A DNA stretch of 64,000 nucleotides from a bacterium (GTDB taxonomy: Bacteria; Zixibacteria; MSB-5A5; WJJR01): contig JAKAKI010000073.1 in assembly GCA_021813505.1 (NCBI GenBank), forward strand, positions 45,851 through 109,850, given 5' to 3'. A program made the position numbers and the translations under genes. Below the pieces are notes generated by a model. It worked only from the letters and a program-made list of their open reading frames with translations, had not been told where the DNA came from and made no database searches. Shown here in pieces: positions 26,971 to 37,249 of the stretch. The stretch's first letter is position 1. Every line of letters begins with the position of its first letter.

Positions 26971-28494
26971 ATGGCCGGACATTCAGCAAGTGCCTTGCAA
27001 GCGGCGCGGCGTTGGCGCATGGCGACAAAGCCGATGATGAGTATTTGCCTCGTCATGGCTGTGACGTTGATCGGCGTGGCGGTTGCTCAGGCGGATTCGG
27101 GCCGACTGACGCGGCTGACACTCGAACCAATACAGAAGACAATCATCAAAGACGCCGGCTTGCCTCGAGAATCACTGGCCGCGCCTCAGGCAGAATGGGA
27201 TTTCGGACTCTTCTATGAACACGGGATATTGCAGCTCGTGTTAAATGATCCACCAAGCTCGAGTTGGAAGGTCACCTTCGACAGCCTGCCGGGGATGTTC
27301 GCACAGCCCGACTCGGGGTTCTTCGCCGCGCCCGGGGTCCAGTACTGCAACATCTATCTAGACCGGACCGGCCTGCCCTTCCGCACGTATCATGGCGCAA
27401 TCACGGTGACCTGGAGCATCCCGGCGACTGATTTGCTCCCCACGCGATTTCAGGTGGCCGACACGCTTGTCAATGGCGCATTCGCGCCTCCCAACGTCTC
27501 GCCTCTCACTGCGGGATGGGTTTACAATTTCGAGCATCGCGATACTGTTTCGTTGTGGTCAGCCGCGTATGGGACCGTCTACTTCGAGATCAGGGCTGAT
27601 GGCAGCACAGTGGTGGGTAGTGATCTGACAGGGACGGCGCCCTACCGAGGCGTCTTCATGTGGATTCCTTACAACACGGTAACCGTTCCCTCAACCGCAA
27701 ACACTCTTTGGACAATTTCGAGGCTGACGGTTGGATCAGCGCCCTACGGCGACGACAGTGCCCGCATCATCTACAACGTCGCCGGCACGCATTATCCGCC
27801 GCAATGTCTGCAGGCGCCGGATGTGAGAATTCGCTGTGATGATGCCGCGCAGAACCAATTTCAATATTCGGGAGCCGATCAGGTGAAGTGGCGCCAGATA
27901 CTCGGCCCCGGGACCACCGATTCACTGAACGGCCATTGGCAGTGGAATCCCGGCTGTTCTGATGCCGGTTCGCATCTCGTCTCCGCCGCCATGTCTACGT
28001 CCTACTTCCCGAATGCGGACACGTGCAGTTTCCAGGTGACGGTCCTCGACTCGGCCGGCTTTCGGTTCGCGCTCGGCGACGCCGATTGCAATGGCGTTGT
28101 CGACGTAATGGATATCGTTGCAATCATCGACTACGTCTTCAACAACCAGAGCATCTGCTACAGCCTTCTCGCGGACTGGGACTGCAATGGCCAGGCAGAC
28201 GTGTTCGATCTGGTCGCGATCATCGATTACGCGTTCAACGGCGGTCTGCGCTCAAACGCGACCGCGCTGGTCAGCGCACCAGCATCGGTGCCGGCGGGGG
28301 ACACGGCCTTCTTCGTTGCCCGAACCTGTCTCCCTGGGCGCGAGTCAGAGATCCAGTGGCTGGCGCCCGACGGGAGCCCTTCGTTTGGATCCGGGCCAGC
28401 GTTCAAGACTATGTTCGCCGCGCCCGGACTCCACATTTGCACCTTTGAATGTTGCGAAGGGGCACGGGACACCGTCATTGTCAATGTATTGTGA
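26971..28494 (+). CDS. Secreted hypothetical protein with an internal double dockerin-like module followed by a Cys-rich ~80-aa tail.
   Basis: ATG 26971 with RBS GGAGG. Signal peptide 'MSICLVMAVTLIGVAVAQA'. 'GDADCNGVVDVMDIVAIIDYVFNN' and 'DWDCNGQADVFDLVAIIDYAFNGG'. Confidence 0.65.
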   Translation: MAGHSASALQAARRWRMATKPMMSICLVMAVTLIGVAVAQADSGRLTRLTLEPIQKTIIKDAGLPRESLAAPQAEWDFGLFYEHGILQLVLNDPPSSSWKVTFDSLPGMFAQPDSGFFAAPGVQYCNIYLDRTGLPFRTYHGAITVTWSIPATDLLPTRFQVADTLVNGAFAPPNVSPLTAGWVYNFEHRDTVSLWSAAYGTVYFEIRADGSTVVGSDLTGTAPYRGVFMWIPYNTVTVPSTANTLWTISRLTVGSAPYGDDSARIIYNVAGTHYPPQCLQAPDVRIRCDDAAQNQFQYSGADQVKWRQILGPGTTDSLNGHWQWNPGCSDAGSHLVSAAMSTSYFPNADTCSFQVTVLDSAGFRFALGDADCNGVVDVMDIVAIIDYVFNNQSICYSLLADWDCNGQADVFDLVAIIDYAFNGGLRSNATALVSAPASVPAGDTAFFVARTCLPGRESEIQWLAPDGSPSFGSGPAFKTMFAAPGLHICTFECCEGARDTVIVNVL

Positions 28495-28658
28495 CCGTTG
28501 GCCCGTGTCCTGAAACTCCCGGCGGGAAATCACGTAGTGATTGGACGTATGATTCCCAGCATGTATCCTTGCACCTTCAGGGGTGGCGTCATGGACAGAG
28601 CTGCCTTCCGCACGGCGCGTGAAAACGGGCCGATCTTCACAGTGAACGGAGTCGCGGA

Positions 28659-29369
28659 TTGAACGTCTGGCTGAAAGCGAGTGGATTGTGCCGGCATTAT
28701 CGCCGCGGGCCACAGGAAGTACGCGCCGTCGATAACTTCGACCTCGAAATGCGCCGGGGGGAGTTTCTCGCGCTGGTCGGCTCGTCGGGTTCCGGGAAGT
28801 CCACCCTTCTCAATATGCTCGCCGGCCTCGACACACCGACCGCAGGGACAATCGAGATCGAAGGGACCGCCCTCAGTACCATGAATCGGCGCGAACTGGC
28901 GGCATACCGTGCCCATCGGGTTGGGATGGTCTTCCAGGCGTTCAATCTGATCCCGCATCAAACAGCATTGCGCAATGTCGAGATGGCGCTGTTTTTCAAT
29001 CGCACTCCTGTGAAGGACCGCCGCAGCCGGGCCATCGAGATTCTGGAGCGTCTCGGATTGTCCGGCCGGATCGACCACCGGCCCGGCGATTTGTCGGGCG
29101 GAGAACAGCAGCGCGTGGCGATTGCCCGCGCTCTGGTGAAGAAGCCGGACATCCTCTTCGCCGATGAGCCGACGGGAAATCTGGACCGGGAGAACGCGGC
29201 GCAGATTGCCACATTGATGTCCCAGCTCAACCGCGAAGGGCTCACTGTGGTCGTCGCCACACACGACCTGCACATGATGCAGGAACACGCCCACAGGATT
29301 GTTCGCATGGACTACGGACGGTTCGCCGGGGAAACGGTGCTGCCGGCCGGGATCGGAGCCGGCTCATGA
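28659..29369 (+). CDS. ABC transporter ATP-binding protein (MacB/LolD-type). TTG start.
   Basis: Walker A 'GSSGSGKST', signature 'LSGGEQQRVAIARAL', Walker B 'ILFADEPTGNLD'. Confidence 0.85.
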   Translation: MNVWLKASGLCRHYRRGPQEVRAVDNFDLEMRRGEFLALVGSSGSGKSTLLNMLAGLDTPTAGTIEIEGTALSTMNRRELAAYRAHRVGMVFQAFNLIPHQTALRNVEMALFFNRTPVKDRRSRAIEILERLGLSGRIDHRPGDLSGGEQQRVAIARALVKKPDILFADEPTGNLDRENAAQIATLMSQLNREGLTVVVATHDLHMMQEHAHRIVRMDYGRFAGETVLPAGIGAGS

Positions 29370-30832
29370 CATTCCGTGATCTGGTCGCCGGCTCAACAGG
29401 GAATCTGTGGCGCATGAAGCTGCGGTCGTTTCTCACAATTTCGGGCGTCGTGATCGCCATCGCCGCCTTTGTCTCGATGCTGTCCTTCGGCGCCGGCATG
29501 CAGAAGAACGTCACTGAGCAATACAACAGGCTCGGCCTGTTCTCCACTATGCAAGTGTACCCACCGGACAAGAGCAAACCAGCCGATTCAGTGGGCCGAC
29601 CGGCGATCCTTGACCGGGAGGCGCTTCGCAAACTGGCTGCTGTTCCCGGCGTGCAGCTTGCGTATCCATTCGACGCGTTTTCGGTCACGGTCACGGTCGG
29701 AGACACAACGCTTTCCTCCACGGCGCAGTCGCTCCCGGAGGCCGCGATTCAAACGAAGTTCTATTCGCAAACAGTCGCCGGAACACTCTTCACCGGTGAC
29801 TCGGCCAATCAGGCTCTGGTGACCGAAGATCTGATGACCGCATTGCACATCAAGAATCCAGATTCGCTGGTGGGGCAGCGCATCATCGTGTCCGCCAAAC
29901 TGTCCTCGCTGGATAGCGGTGTGGCTCACGTGTTTCGGGGCATGCCCGACCGGCTGCGCGAACGCTTTCAGCAAATTCGCCGTGACTCGCTGGAGTATGT
30001 GGAGTATTGGTCGCGGCTCGGGCGGCAGGAAGCCAATGCGGCGTTGTCGCGATTCATGGACGGGTTCCTGAACGCGCGGTCGGTGGTTTGCGATACGCTG
30101 ACCATCAGCGGCGTGCTTGAGGGCCGTCCGCATGGACGTGCATCGATCAAGCCGATTGTCATTCCCGCCGGACGGGCCGCGCGATTCCGCGCTGGGGGAT
30201 TCAGCGATGATCCCACCGAGCTTCTCGCCTCGTTGCGCAGCGGGACATTATTCGGAAGCACCGACGATGCGCGCGGCAAGGAATATCCCCACATAACGCT
30301 GAGCCTCGATCCCAATGTCGCCTACGAACCGATTCGCGATTCGGTCAAGGCGATGGGATTTCGGACCTTCAGCTACGCCGAGGAATTCAAGGAAATCCGG
30401 AAGTTCTTCTTCTACTTCAAGCTGGGATTGAGTGTGGTCGGCCTGATCGCGCTGGTTACGGCGTCGCTCGGGATTGTCAACACGATGGTGATGTCGATCA
30501 TCGAACGCACGCGCGAGATCGGGATCCTGAAATCGTTGGGTGCTGAGGAGCGGGACATTCGGGTGCTGTTCCTGGCCGAATCGGGGATGATCGGTTCGAT
30601 CGGTGCAGCGGCAGGAATCGTGTTCGGCTGGCTGATCACACGCGTTGCGGCCGTGATTGCCCGTGCGTTTATGGAAAAAGAGGGCATCCCGCGGTTCGAG
30701 CTGTTCGATCTTCCCCTCTGGCTGATCCTCACGGCGTTTCTTTTCGGTCTGCTCGTGAGTCTCGTTGCCGGACTCTATCCGGCGGCGCGGGCCGCTCGGG
30801 TGGACCCGGTGGAGGCACTGAGGAATGAGTGA
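29366..30832 (+). CDS. ABC transporter permease, FtsX/MacB-type, with a large periplasmic domain.
   Basis: ATGA overlap with the ATPase gene. An N-terminal TM is followed by a ~280-aa extracytoplasmic domain and three C-terminal TMs ('GILKSLGA' FtsX motif). Confidence 0.8.
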   Translation: MTFRDLVAGSTGNLWRMKLRSFLTISGVVIAIAAFVSMLSFGAGMQKNVTEQYNRLGLFSTMQVYPPDKSKPADSVGRPAILDREALRKLAAVPGVQLAYPFDAFSVTVTVGDTTLSSTAQSLPEAAIQTKFYSQTVAGTLFTGDSANQALVTEDLMTALHIKNPDSLVGQRIIVSAKLSSLDSGVAHVFRGMPDRLRERFQQIRRDSLEYVEYWSRLGRQEANAALSRFMDGFLNARSVVCDTLTISGVLEGRPHGRASIKPIVIPAGRAARFRAGGFSDDPTELLASLRSGTLFGSTDDARGKEYPHITLSLDPNVAYEPIRDSVKAMGFRTFSYAEEFKEIRKFFFYFKLGLSVVGLIALVTASLGIVNTMVMSIIERTREIGILKSLGAEERDIRVLFLAESGMIGSIGAAAGIVFGWLITRVAAVIARAFMEKEGIPRFELFDLPLWLILTAFLFGLLVSLVAGLYPAARAARVDPVEALRNE

Positions 30833-30858
30833 CATGAGCTCGAGTGTTTTGCCCATTC

Positions 30859-30930
30859 TGGGAGGGCGAAGCTCCTGCCGAGCCTCTTCCCCGCGCAGAA
30901 AAGAGGTTCGGCAGGAACCTCGCCCTCCCT
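30859..30930. repeat. Family A palindromic terminator-like element (GGGAGGGCGARGCTCCTGCCGAGCC ... GGCTCGGCrGGArCCTCGCCCTCCC).
   Basis: It lies immediately 3' of the permease stop. The same ends recur at 34111, 48857 and 53239. Confidence 0.7.
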
Positions 30931-31022
30931 GGGTGCGTCTTTCACAACGAAGGACGTTACCAGGGGTTTGCTGAAACTGTCAGTAAGTAGGAAGAAACAG
31001 TCTATGACTGGGAGGGATCGAA

Positions 31023-32978
31023 ATGAATGAAGTGGGAACTGTCAGTCTGCTGTATGTCGGGATTGCGATCGGCGGATTTGTCCTGGCGATCTTCTTGTTG
31101 TCAGGATTCAAATTCATCCCCGATGACCGTGTCGGAATTCCGACGCGCAAGATGTTCGGGAAGCAAATGCCACCGGGACGGGTCATCGCCCGGAGGAACG
31201 AGGTCGGGGTTCAGGCCCGGAAATTGATGCCGGGGCTCTATTGGTTCATTCCGATCATTTGGAAGGTCGAGCGCGTGCCGGTCACGGTGATCGGCGCCCA
31301 GCAGATCGGCGTGGTCGAAGCGATCGACGGTGAACCGATTCCCATGGGCAGGCTCCTCGGTGACGAAGTCGAATGCGACTCGTACCAGGATGCGGAGGCG
31401 TTTCTATTCGGCCGTGATCCGAACCGGCCCGCCCCCAGGGGGAAGAAAGGACCGCAGATTGGCATCCTGCGCCCTGGTGTGTATCGAATCAACACACGTG
31501 TTTTCCGAGTTCAAAACCGTCCGGCCACGCAGGTGACGGAGGAGCACATCGGTGTGATCGTGGCCGCCGATGGCCGGCCCCTGCCGCCGGGGTTCCTGAT
31601 CGCCCCCCGTCCGGAGGAACTCGAGGGATTACCGCCCGCATCCGGACAACCGCGCCGTTCGCACAACTTCTTCCAGGATGGGCAGGCATTTGTCGAAAAC
31701 GGCGGTTATCGCGGACCGCAGCTCGATTCACTTCAGCCCGGCCAGTACTACATCAACCCGCTTCTGTTCGAGGTGAGTGAATTTCCGATCGTGGAAATCC
31801 CGCCGGGGTACGTCGCCGTGCTTCGGTCCAACATCGGCCAGGAACTCGTCCGGGATAAGTCGCTCCCGCAGGGAATTGCACAATCACCCGATTTGCAGCA
31901 ACAGATTCACGAGCGCGAAGAAGTGGTGTTGAATGCGGAGAAGCTGGAGCGTGGTATCTGGCGCGAGCCGGTCGCACCGGGCAAGTACAATCTCAACCCG
32001 CTCGCGTTCTCGGCGTTTCTCGTGCCCACCAGCGCGGTGACCATCGACTGGGCCGCCGGGGCCGAGATTCGCACGGAGAAACATGAGCGTGGCCGCGGAC
32101 CCGCCGAGCCTCCCACCGAGGAAATGGAGAGCAAGAAGGCCACGGAGTTTTTCAAATTCAGCCAGCTCACCGTGACATCCAAGGATGGTTTCAAACTCGA
32201 AGTAGACGTTCGTTTGATCATCCGGATTCGCCCGCAGCATGCGGCGTTCATCATCGCGCGCTTCGGCTCGGTGGCCAACTTGATCGAGCAAATCGTACAC
32301 CCGCTGATCGATTCGTCATTCCGAAACAACGCCGGTGAGAAAAAGGCAATCGACTTCATTCAGCAGCGTACTGCGTTGCAGAAGGACGCTTTGGAGAAGG
32401 CCCGCGAGGAATTCGACAAGTACCACGTCGAGGCCCAGAATCTGCTGATCGCGTACATCTCCGTCGATCAATCCCTGCTGGATACGCAGACGTTGAAAGA
32501 AATCGCGATTCAGCAGCAGGAACAGTACCAGCAGCAGGCGAGGGCGCAGGAGGAGCGGATCGAAGTCGAAGAGAAGACCGCCCGCGCCAACAAGCAGAAG
32601 GACGTGATCGACGCCAAGCTTTCGATCGACATCAATACCGACATGGCGCAGGCAGCCATCGAAAAGGCCAAGGGCGACCGTGACGCCACCAAGATTCGCG
32701 CCGAGGGCGATGCCCAACGCGAGATTCAAGTGGGCCAGGGTATCGCGTCCGCGTACGAAGCGCAGGCGCGGGTGGTCGGTCCCGAGCGGCTCGCGCTGAT
32801 TCGCGTGATGGAGCAGGTCGCAGCGGGCAAAATCCGTATCACGCCGGACTTCCTCGTCACAAGCGGTAATGACCAGAACGGCGGGACACTTTGGAACGCG
32901 TGGCTGGCGACGATGATGGCGCAGCAGGGCAAAGCAATGACATCAGTCGGAGATAAGCCGGCAGCGCCGGGAACTTGA
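31023..32978 (+). CDS. Flotillin/SPFH (band-7) family membrane protein with a long coiled-coil C-terminal region.
   Basis: N-terminal TM, then an SPFH-like region, then a Glu/Ala/Gln-rich coiled coil ('QQQEQYQQQARAQEERIEVEEKTARANKQKD...') typical of YqiK/flotillin. Confidence 0.6.
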   Translation: MNEVGTVSLLYVGIAIGGFVLAIFLLSGFKFIPDDRVGIPTRKMFGKQMPPGRVIARRNEVGVQARKLMPGLYWFIPIIWKVERVPVTVIGAQQIGVVEAIDGEPIPMGRLLGDEVECDSYQDAEAFLFGRDPNRPAPRGKKGPQIGILRPGVYRINTRVFRVQNRPATQVTEEHIGVIVAADGRPLPPGFLIAPRPEELEGLPPASGQPRRSHNFFQDGQAFVENGGYRGPQLDSLQPGQYYINPLLFEVSEFPIVEIPPGYVAVLRSNIGQELVRDKSLPQGIAQSPDLQQQIHEREEVVLNAEKLERGIWREPVAPGKYNLNPLAFSAFLVPTSAVTIDWAAGAEIRTEKHERGRGPAEPPTEEMESKKATEFFKFSQLTVTSKDGFKLEVDVRLIIRIRPQHAAFIIARFGSVANLIEQIVHPLIDSSFRNNAGEKKAIDFIQQRTALQKDALEKAREEFDKYHVEAQNLLIAYISVDQSLLDTQTLKEIAIQQQEQYQQQARAQEERIEVEEKTARANKQKDVIDAKLSIDINTDMAQAAIEKAKGDRDATKIRAEGDAQREIQVGQGIASAYEAQARVVGPERLALIRVMEQVAAGKIRITPDFLVTSGNDQNGGTLWNAWLATMMAQQGKAMTSVGDKPAAPGT

Positions 32979-33191
32979 CGGATAAGATGGAGGGACAGTT
33001 ATCCAGGGGTGGGTCTCTTGACTCGCCCCTGTTTGCTATTGGGGCTTTTTGAAGATCGAGTGCGGCCTGATGGTATAGGAACTCCACCACGTGAGAGATT
33101 CCTCGCAACCCGCGTCCGATCCGCTCGTATCTTGCTCCAGGCACTCTGCGATGATGACCATGCGCCGCACAATCTCAGGAAGGGCACCTGA

Positions 33192-34085
33192 ATGAACCTC
33201 ACGATCGACCGGGTCAGCAAACATTACGAAGGTGATGTTTGGGGACTGCGCGAATTCTCGCTAGAGTTGAAGCCGGGTGTCCTTGGCCTGCTGGGCCCGA
33301 ATGGCGCCGGCAAATCGACGCTGATGCGGATTCTCGCCACAACCACCAAACCGACCAGCGGCACAGCCATCTGGAATGGAACCGACATTCGCAAGAATCC
33401 CGATGCCATTCGCGAGATCCTCGGATATCTGCCGCAGGACTTCGGAGTCTACCCCAATCTCAGCGCCGTCGAATTCCTGCAGTACATTGCCGCGATCAAG
33501 GGAATCGAGGCCGCGGCTGCCAAACGACGTATCGCCGAGCTTTTGGCGGTGGTCAATCTCGGGGAGGCACGCAAGCGTCCGTTGGGATCGTACTCCGGCG
33601 GCATGAAGCAACGGGTCGGGATTGCGCAGGCATTGCTCAATGATCCCGAGCTTTTGATCGTGGATGAGCCAACCGCCGGTCTCGATCCGGAAGAACGAGT
33701 CCGTTTCCGCAATCTGCTCTCCGAGCTGGCCGGCGAACGAATCGTCATTCTCTCCACCCACATCGTCAGCGACGTCGAAGCAGTGGCCACGACCATCGCC
33801 CTCATCGGCACGGGAAGGCTCCTGACGCATGCAACACCCGAAGACCTTCTGCGCAGCGTCACCGGCAAGGTTTGGGAGTGGGTCATCCCTTCGGCGGAAT
33901 TGTCCGGTGCGAAACACCAGTACCTGATCACCGGATCGGTGCGCCGAGAGGATGGCGTACACGTCCGTATCGTGGGTGAAGCCAAGCCCGGTGATGGCGC
34001 AGTTCATACGCCACCGACGCTGGAAGACGCATATCTATTTCATATTTCCGCTGACCGTCGGCAGCAGGGGAACGGAAAACCTTGA
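33192..34085 (+). CDS. ABC transporter ATP-binding protein (ABC-2 type).
   Basis: 'GPNGAGKSTLMRIL', 'YSGGMKQRVGIAQALL' and 'LLIVDEPTAGLD'. Confidence 0.85.
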   Translation: MNLTIDRVSKHYEGDVWGLREFSLELKPGVLGLLGPNGAGKSTLMRILATTTKPTSGTAIWNGTDIRKNPDAIREILGYLPQDFGVYPNLSAVEFLQYIAAIKGIEAAAAKRRIAELLAVVNLGEARKRPLGSYSGGMKQRVGIAQALLNDPELLIVDEPTAGLDPEERVRFRNLLSELAGERIVILSTHIVSDVEAVATTIALIGTGRLLTHATPEDLLRSVTGKVWEWVIPSAELSGAKHQYLITGSVRREDGVHVRIVGEAKPGDGAVHTPPTLEDAYLFHISADRRQQGNGKP

Positions 34086-34110
34086 AGTTGGTGGGGAGTT
34101 GCGATGACGT

Positions 34111-34190
34111 GGGAGGGCGAGGCTCCTGCCGAGCCTTGTTCCCGCGCTGAATCACGGCTCGGCAGTCCGCCGAGGCGGATCGCCCTCCCA
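34111..34190. repeat. Family A palindromic terminator-like element.
   Basis: 'gggagggcgaggctcctgccgagcc...cgccctccca' lies immediately 3' of the ABC ATPase stop. Confidence 0.7.
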
Positions 34191-34212
34191 CGCGCAATTC
34201 GGAATTCATAAT

Positions 34213-35841
34213 ATGACACTCTTTCGCGTCATCTATCAAATGGCCCGCGCTGACTTCCTCGAGCGAATACGCCGCTTCAGTTTCGTGGTGACGCTGGTCA
34301 TCACAGTCATCGCGGCCTACATCTTCGTGCCGGAAACCGGGGCGAATTACACAACTCTGGATCTCGGCGGCCATCGTGGTGTGTACAACTCCGCCTGGGT
34401 TGGGGCACAGGTCGCGATGCTCACCTGTGTCTTCCTGACGCTTTTCGGCTTCTACCTGGTGCGCAACTCGATCAACCGCGACCGGCAGACGCGGGTCGGG
34501 CAGATCATTGCCGCCACACCGGTGTCGAAGCCGGTTTACACGCTCGGGAAGTGGCTTTCGAATTTCGCCGTGCTGGCGGTCATCGGTGCCATCGTGATGG
34601 CTGGTGCGGTAGCGCTGCAATTGATTCGCGGCGAAGACACGATCATCAAGCCACTTTACTTTCTGGTTCCATTCACAACCCTGCTCCTGCCGGCCATCGG
34701 ACTGGTTTCTGCAATCGCCATCGTCTTTGAGTGCATCCCCTTTCTGAGTGGAGCGTTCGGCAACATCGTGTATTTTTTCATCTTTCCGAACATGATGGTA
34801 GGCGAGATGCTCGGCGGACCGAAGGTGCTGGGCGTTTCGTACTACATCGAAAGCATGCAAGCGGCCTGTCGGGCTGCCTTTCCCGATTATGAGAAGGTGA
34901 TAAACTTCGGGCTCAATTTCCACGGGGGCCGGACCGTCTTGCCTCAGTCGTTTGCCTGGGACGGGATACCGGCTTCGCTTGAGTATCTATCGGGCCGATT
35001 TCTGTGGCTGATGATTGCGATCGGCGTCGCCATGATCGCCTCAGTTCCATTCAACCGCTTTGCCACTGCTGGCCGCAAGTTCCGGACAGAAAGCACGCGC
35101 CCGCCACGCTTCGCAAGGCTCCGGCGCATCTTCGGCGCCGGCTCGGCTTGGATTGCCGGTGGCGCCGGCGCTGGGGCGGGGTCGTCCGTGACGGGAGCAC
35201 ATGTTCACCTCACGCCGCTCACCGGCAAACGCTCCCACGGGCGATTCGGCGGAATCCTCGTCGCGAATCTTCGCCTGGCCCTGCGCTCGATGCCGTGGTG
35301 GTGGTATTTGGGATCAATCGCTCTAATTGTCCTCGAAACTGCCGTTCCCATGGACGGTGTGCAGCAAATCGTCGTGCCGATCGCGCTTCTCTGGCCCGTC
35401 ATGATCTGGGCGCCATTGGGAAACCGTGAGCTTAGCCACGCCACTCAGCAGATCGTTTTCTCCGCCGCCCACCCGTTGCGCCGGCAACTGCTGGCCGCCT
35501 GGCTGACCGGAGTGGTTGTAGCGCTCGTGCTTGTCTGTGGAGCCGGTCCGCGCTGGTTGATCATTGGGGATCCCCATCGCGTCCTCGCACTGATTGTTGG
35601 CGCGGCATTCATACCCTCGTTGGCATTGGCACTCGGCGCGTGGAGCCGGACGACGCGGCTTTTCGAAGTGATCTACCTTTTTTGGTGGTACATTGGGCCA
35701 TTGAACGCTCTTCCCGCCCTGGATTTTGCCGGCAGTTCCAAGCTGGCCGGAGGCCTTGGGACCACTGTGGTGTACATGATTCTGACGACCGCCTTTCTCG
35801 CCCTGGGGTTCTTAGGGGCGCGACGTCAGTTGTCTTCCTGA
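34213..35841 (+). CDS. ABC-2 family permease (multi-pass membrane protein, 542 aa).
   Basis: It lies downstream of the ABC-2 ATPase. It has 10 or more predicted hydrophobic helices. Confidence 0.65.
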   Translation: MTLFRVIYQMARADFLERIRRFSFVVTLVITVIAAYIFVPETGANYTTLDLGGHRGVYNSAWVGAQVAMLTCVFLTLFGFYLVRNSINRDRQTRVGQIIAATPVSKPVYTLGKWLSNFAVLAVIGAIVMAGAVALQLIRGEDTIIKPLYFLVPFTTLLLPAIGLVSAIAIVFECIPFLSGAFGNIVYFFIFPNMMVGEMLGGPKVLGVSYYIESMQAACRAAFPDYEKVINFGLNFHGGRTVLPQSFAWDGIPASLEYLSGRFLWLMIAIGVAMIASVPFNRFATAGRKFRTESTRPPRFARLRRIFGAGSAWIAGGAGAGAGSSVTGAHVHLTPLTGKRSHGRFGGILVANLRLALRSMPWWWYLGSIALIVLETAVPMDGVQQIVVPIALLWPVMIWAPLGNRELSHATQQIVFSAAHPLRRQLLAAWLTGVVVALVLVCGAGPRWLIIGDPHRVLALIVGAAFIPSLALALGAWSRTTRLFEVIYLFWWYIGPLNALPALDFAGSSKLAGGLGTTVVYMILTTAFLALGFLGARRQLSS

Positions 35842-35849
35842 CTTGGTTG

Positions 35850-36818
35850 CTAGCGTGTTGTGGCGCGGAGGGTTTCGCTCCCTCCGGAGGTCACGGATTT
35901 GGAGTAGTGTCCCAGTTCGTCGAAATAGACCATGGCCATCTCCTGGGAGAGTTCCTCGATCGCCGCAGCGTCGAGATGAAAATACGCCGATGACGGCAGC
36001 AGGGTCAGATCATCATTGGTGTGTTCCAGAAAACCGTAGCCGAGATTGTTGGCCATCTCATGGGCGAGACACACCATGTGTGGCATCGCCATATCGGCCC
36101 GGCCTATTCCATGCCGTTCGCGGATGAAGAACGGCAGATCCGGGATATTGTAGCGGTGTACGATGCCGGCCACGCGTGGCGGGAATCCCCACTGATCGAG
36201 GATGATCGCTCCCAGGTCGGCATGCGTGAATCCCATATGTGAGGATTCCACGATCAGATGCCCCAGACCGGACTCCACCGCCTCCTTGAGAACCGGCTTG
36301 TAGATGTCCGGGTACTCCTGCAAAAGCACCAGCTTGGCGATATCGTGAAGGACTCCGCAGAGGAAGATTTCCTCTTCCACCTGGCGCGAGCCGACTCGCC
36401 GCGCCACGAGACGCGCGCCGATGCCCACGGCTAGTGAGTGGCGCCACAGCTCCTGTTCGAACTCGTGGTCCTCGTCACGCCGGAAGAGGCGGTAGGCGGA
36501 CGCGGAGACCGCCAGAGTCCGGATCGTGTAGAACCCCAGGACCATGACCGCTTCATTGAGGGAGCTGATGACCCCCTGGCGGCCATAGAAGGCGGAGTTT
36601 GATAGCTGGAGGATCTTGGCAACCAGTGCGGGATCGCTGGCTAGCACGCGCACCAGGCTGTTGATGTCGGTATTGAGATCGGACGTCATCCGCATCAGAC
36701 GCGGAATGATCGCCGTTTGCGGCAACGGGTATGCTCCCAGGCCGGCGACGACGCTTTCCAGCGTGAGCGGCCCCGTCTCGGTGGAGAGTGCCGGCCGCTT
36801 TTCACCAATCTGTGACAT
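35850..36818 (-). CDS. HDOD-domain signalling protein.
   Basis: 'LQLSNSAFYG' and 'GVLHDIAKLVLL' are HDOD signatures. ATG at 36818 is preceded by GGGGGAAG. The longer N-terminal extension was rejected. Confidence 0.65.
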   Translation of the reverse strand: MSQIGEKRPALSTETGPLTLESVVAGLGAYPLPQTAIIPRLMRMTSDLNTDINSLVRVLASDPALVAKILQLSNSAFYGRQGVISSLNEAVMVLGFYTIRTLAVSASAYRLFRRDEDHEFEQELWRHSLAVGIGARLVARRVGSRQVEEEIFLCGVLHDIAKLVLLQEYPDIYKPVLKEAVESGLGHLIVESSHMGFTHADLGAIILDQWGFPPRVAGIVHRYNIPDLPFFIRERHGIGRADMAMPHMVCLAHEMANNLGYGFLEHTNDDLTLLPSSAYFHLDAAAIEELSQEMAMVYFDELGHYSKSVTSGGSETLRATTR

Positions 36819-37249
36819 CCACTTCCCCCTGAAAGCTCTATCGGCATCCTGGACTGACCGGGGATGGCGTGAAAGCGGTTTTCGATTTTTCAATCTGGAA
36901 AATTCATGGATCGAGAGAACCTGGCGCGCAGGCAAACCTAGCCGCGGGATGGGATGCGTCCCCCTCTCGGCAACGATTTGTCATAAACTTAGCAGCGCCA
37001 ACGCACTCTGGTGCTGGGCAATGGGATTGCTAATCTCCGGGAGTGTTGTGGATTGCAGCACTCTGGCGTGATTCTGATGAGGTTTGGAGCGAAAACAAAG
37101 GGGTTGTAAGGGCCACCCAGGTCCATTAGATTGGCGCCTCTGTTGGTTTCAACCGCAGGGATCGATCAACCAGGGATTGGTTGGGTGACGGGCACCGGTG
37201 TGCCGCACCGCCTCCCTCCATCTGAAACACCCCAGGATCTGGAGTTGCC

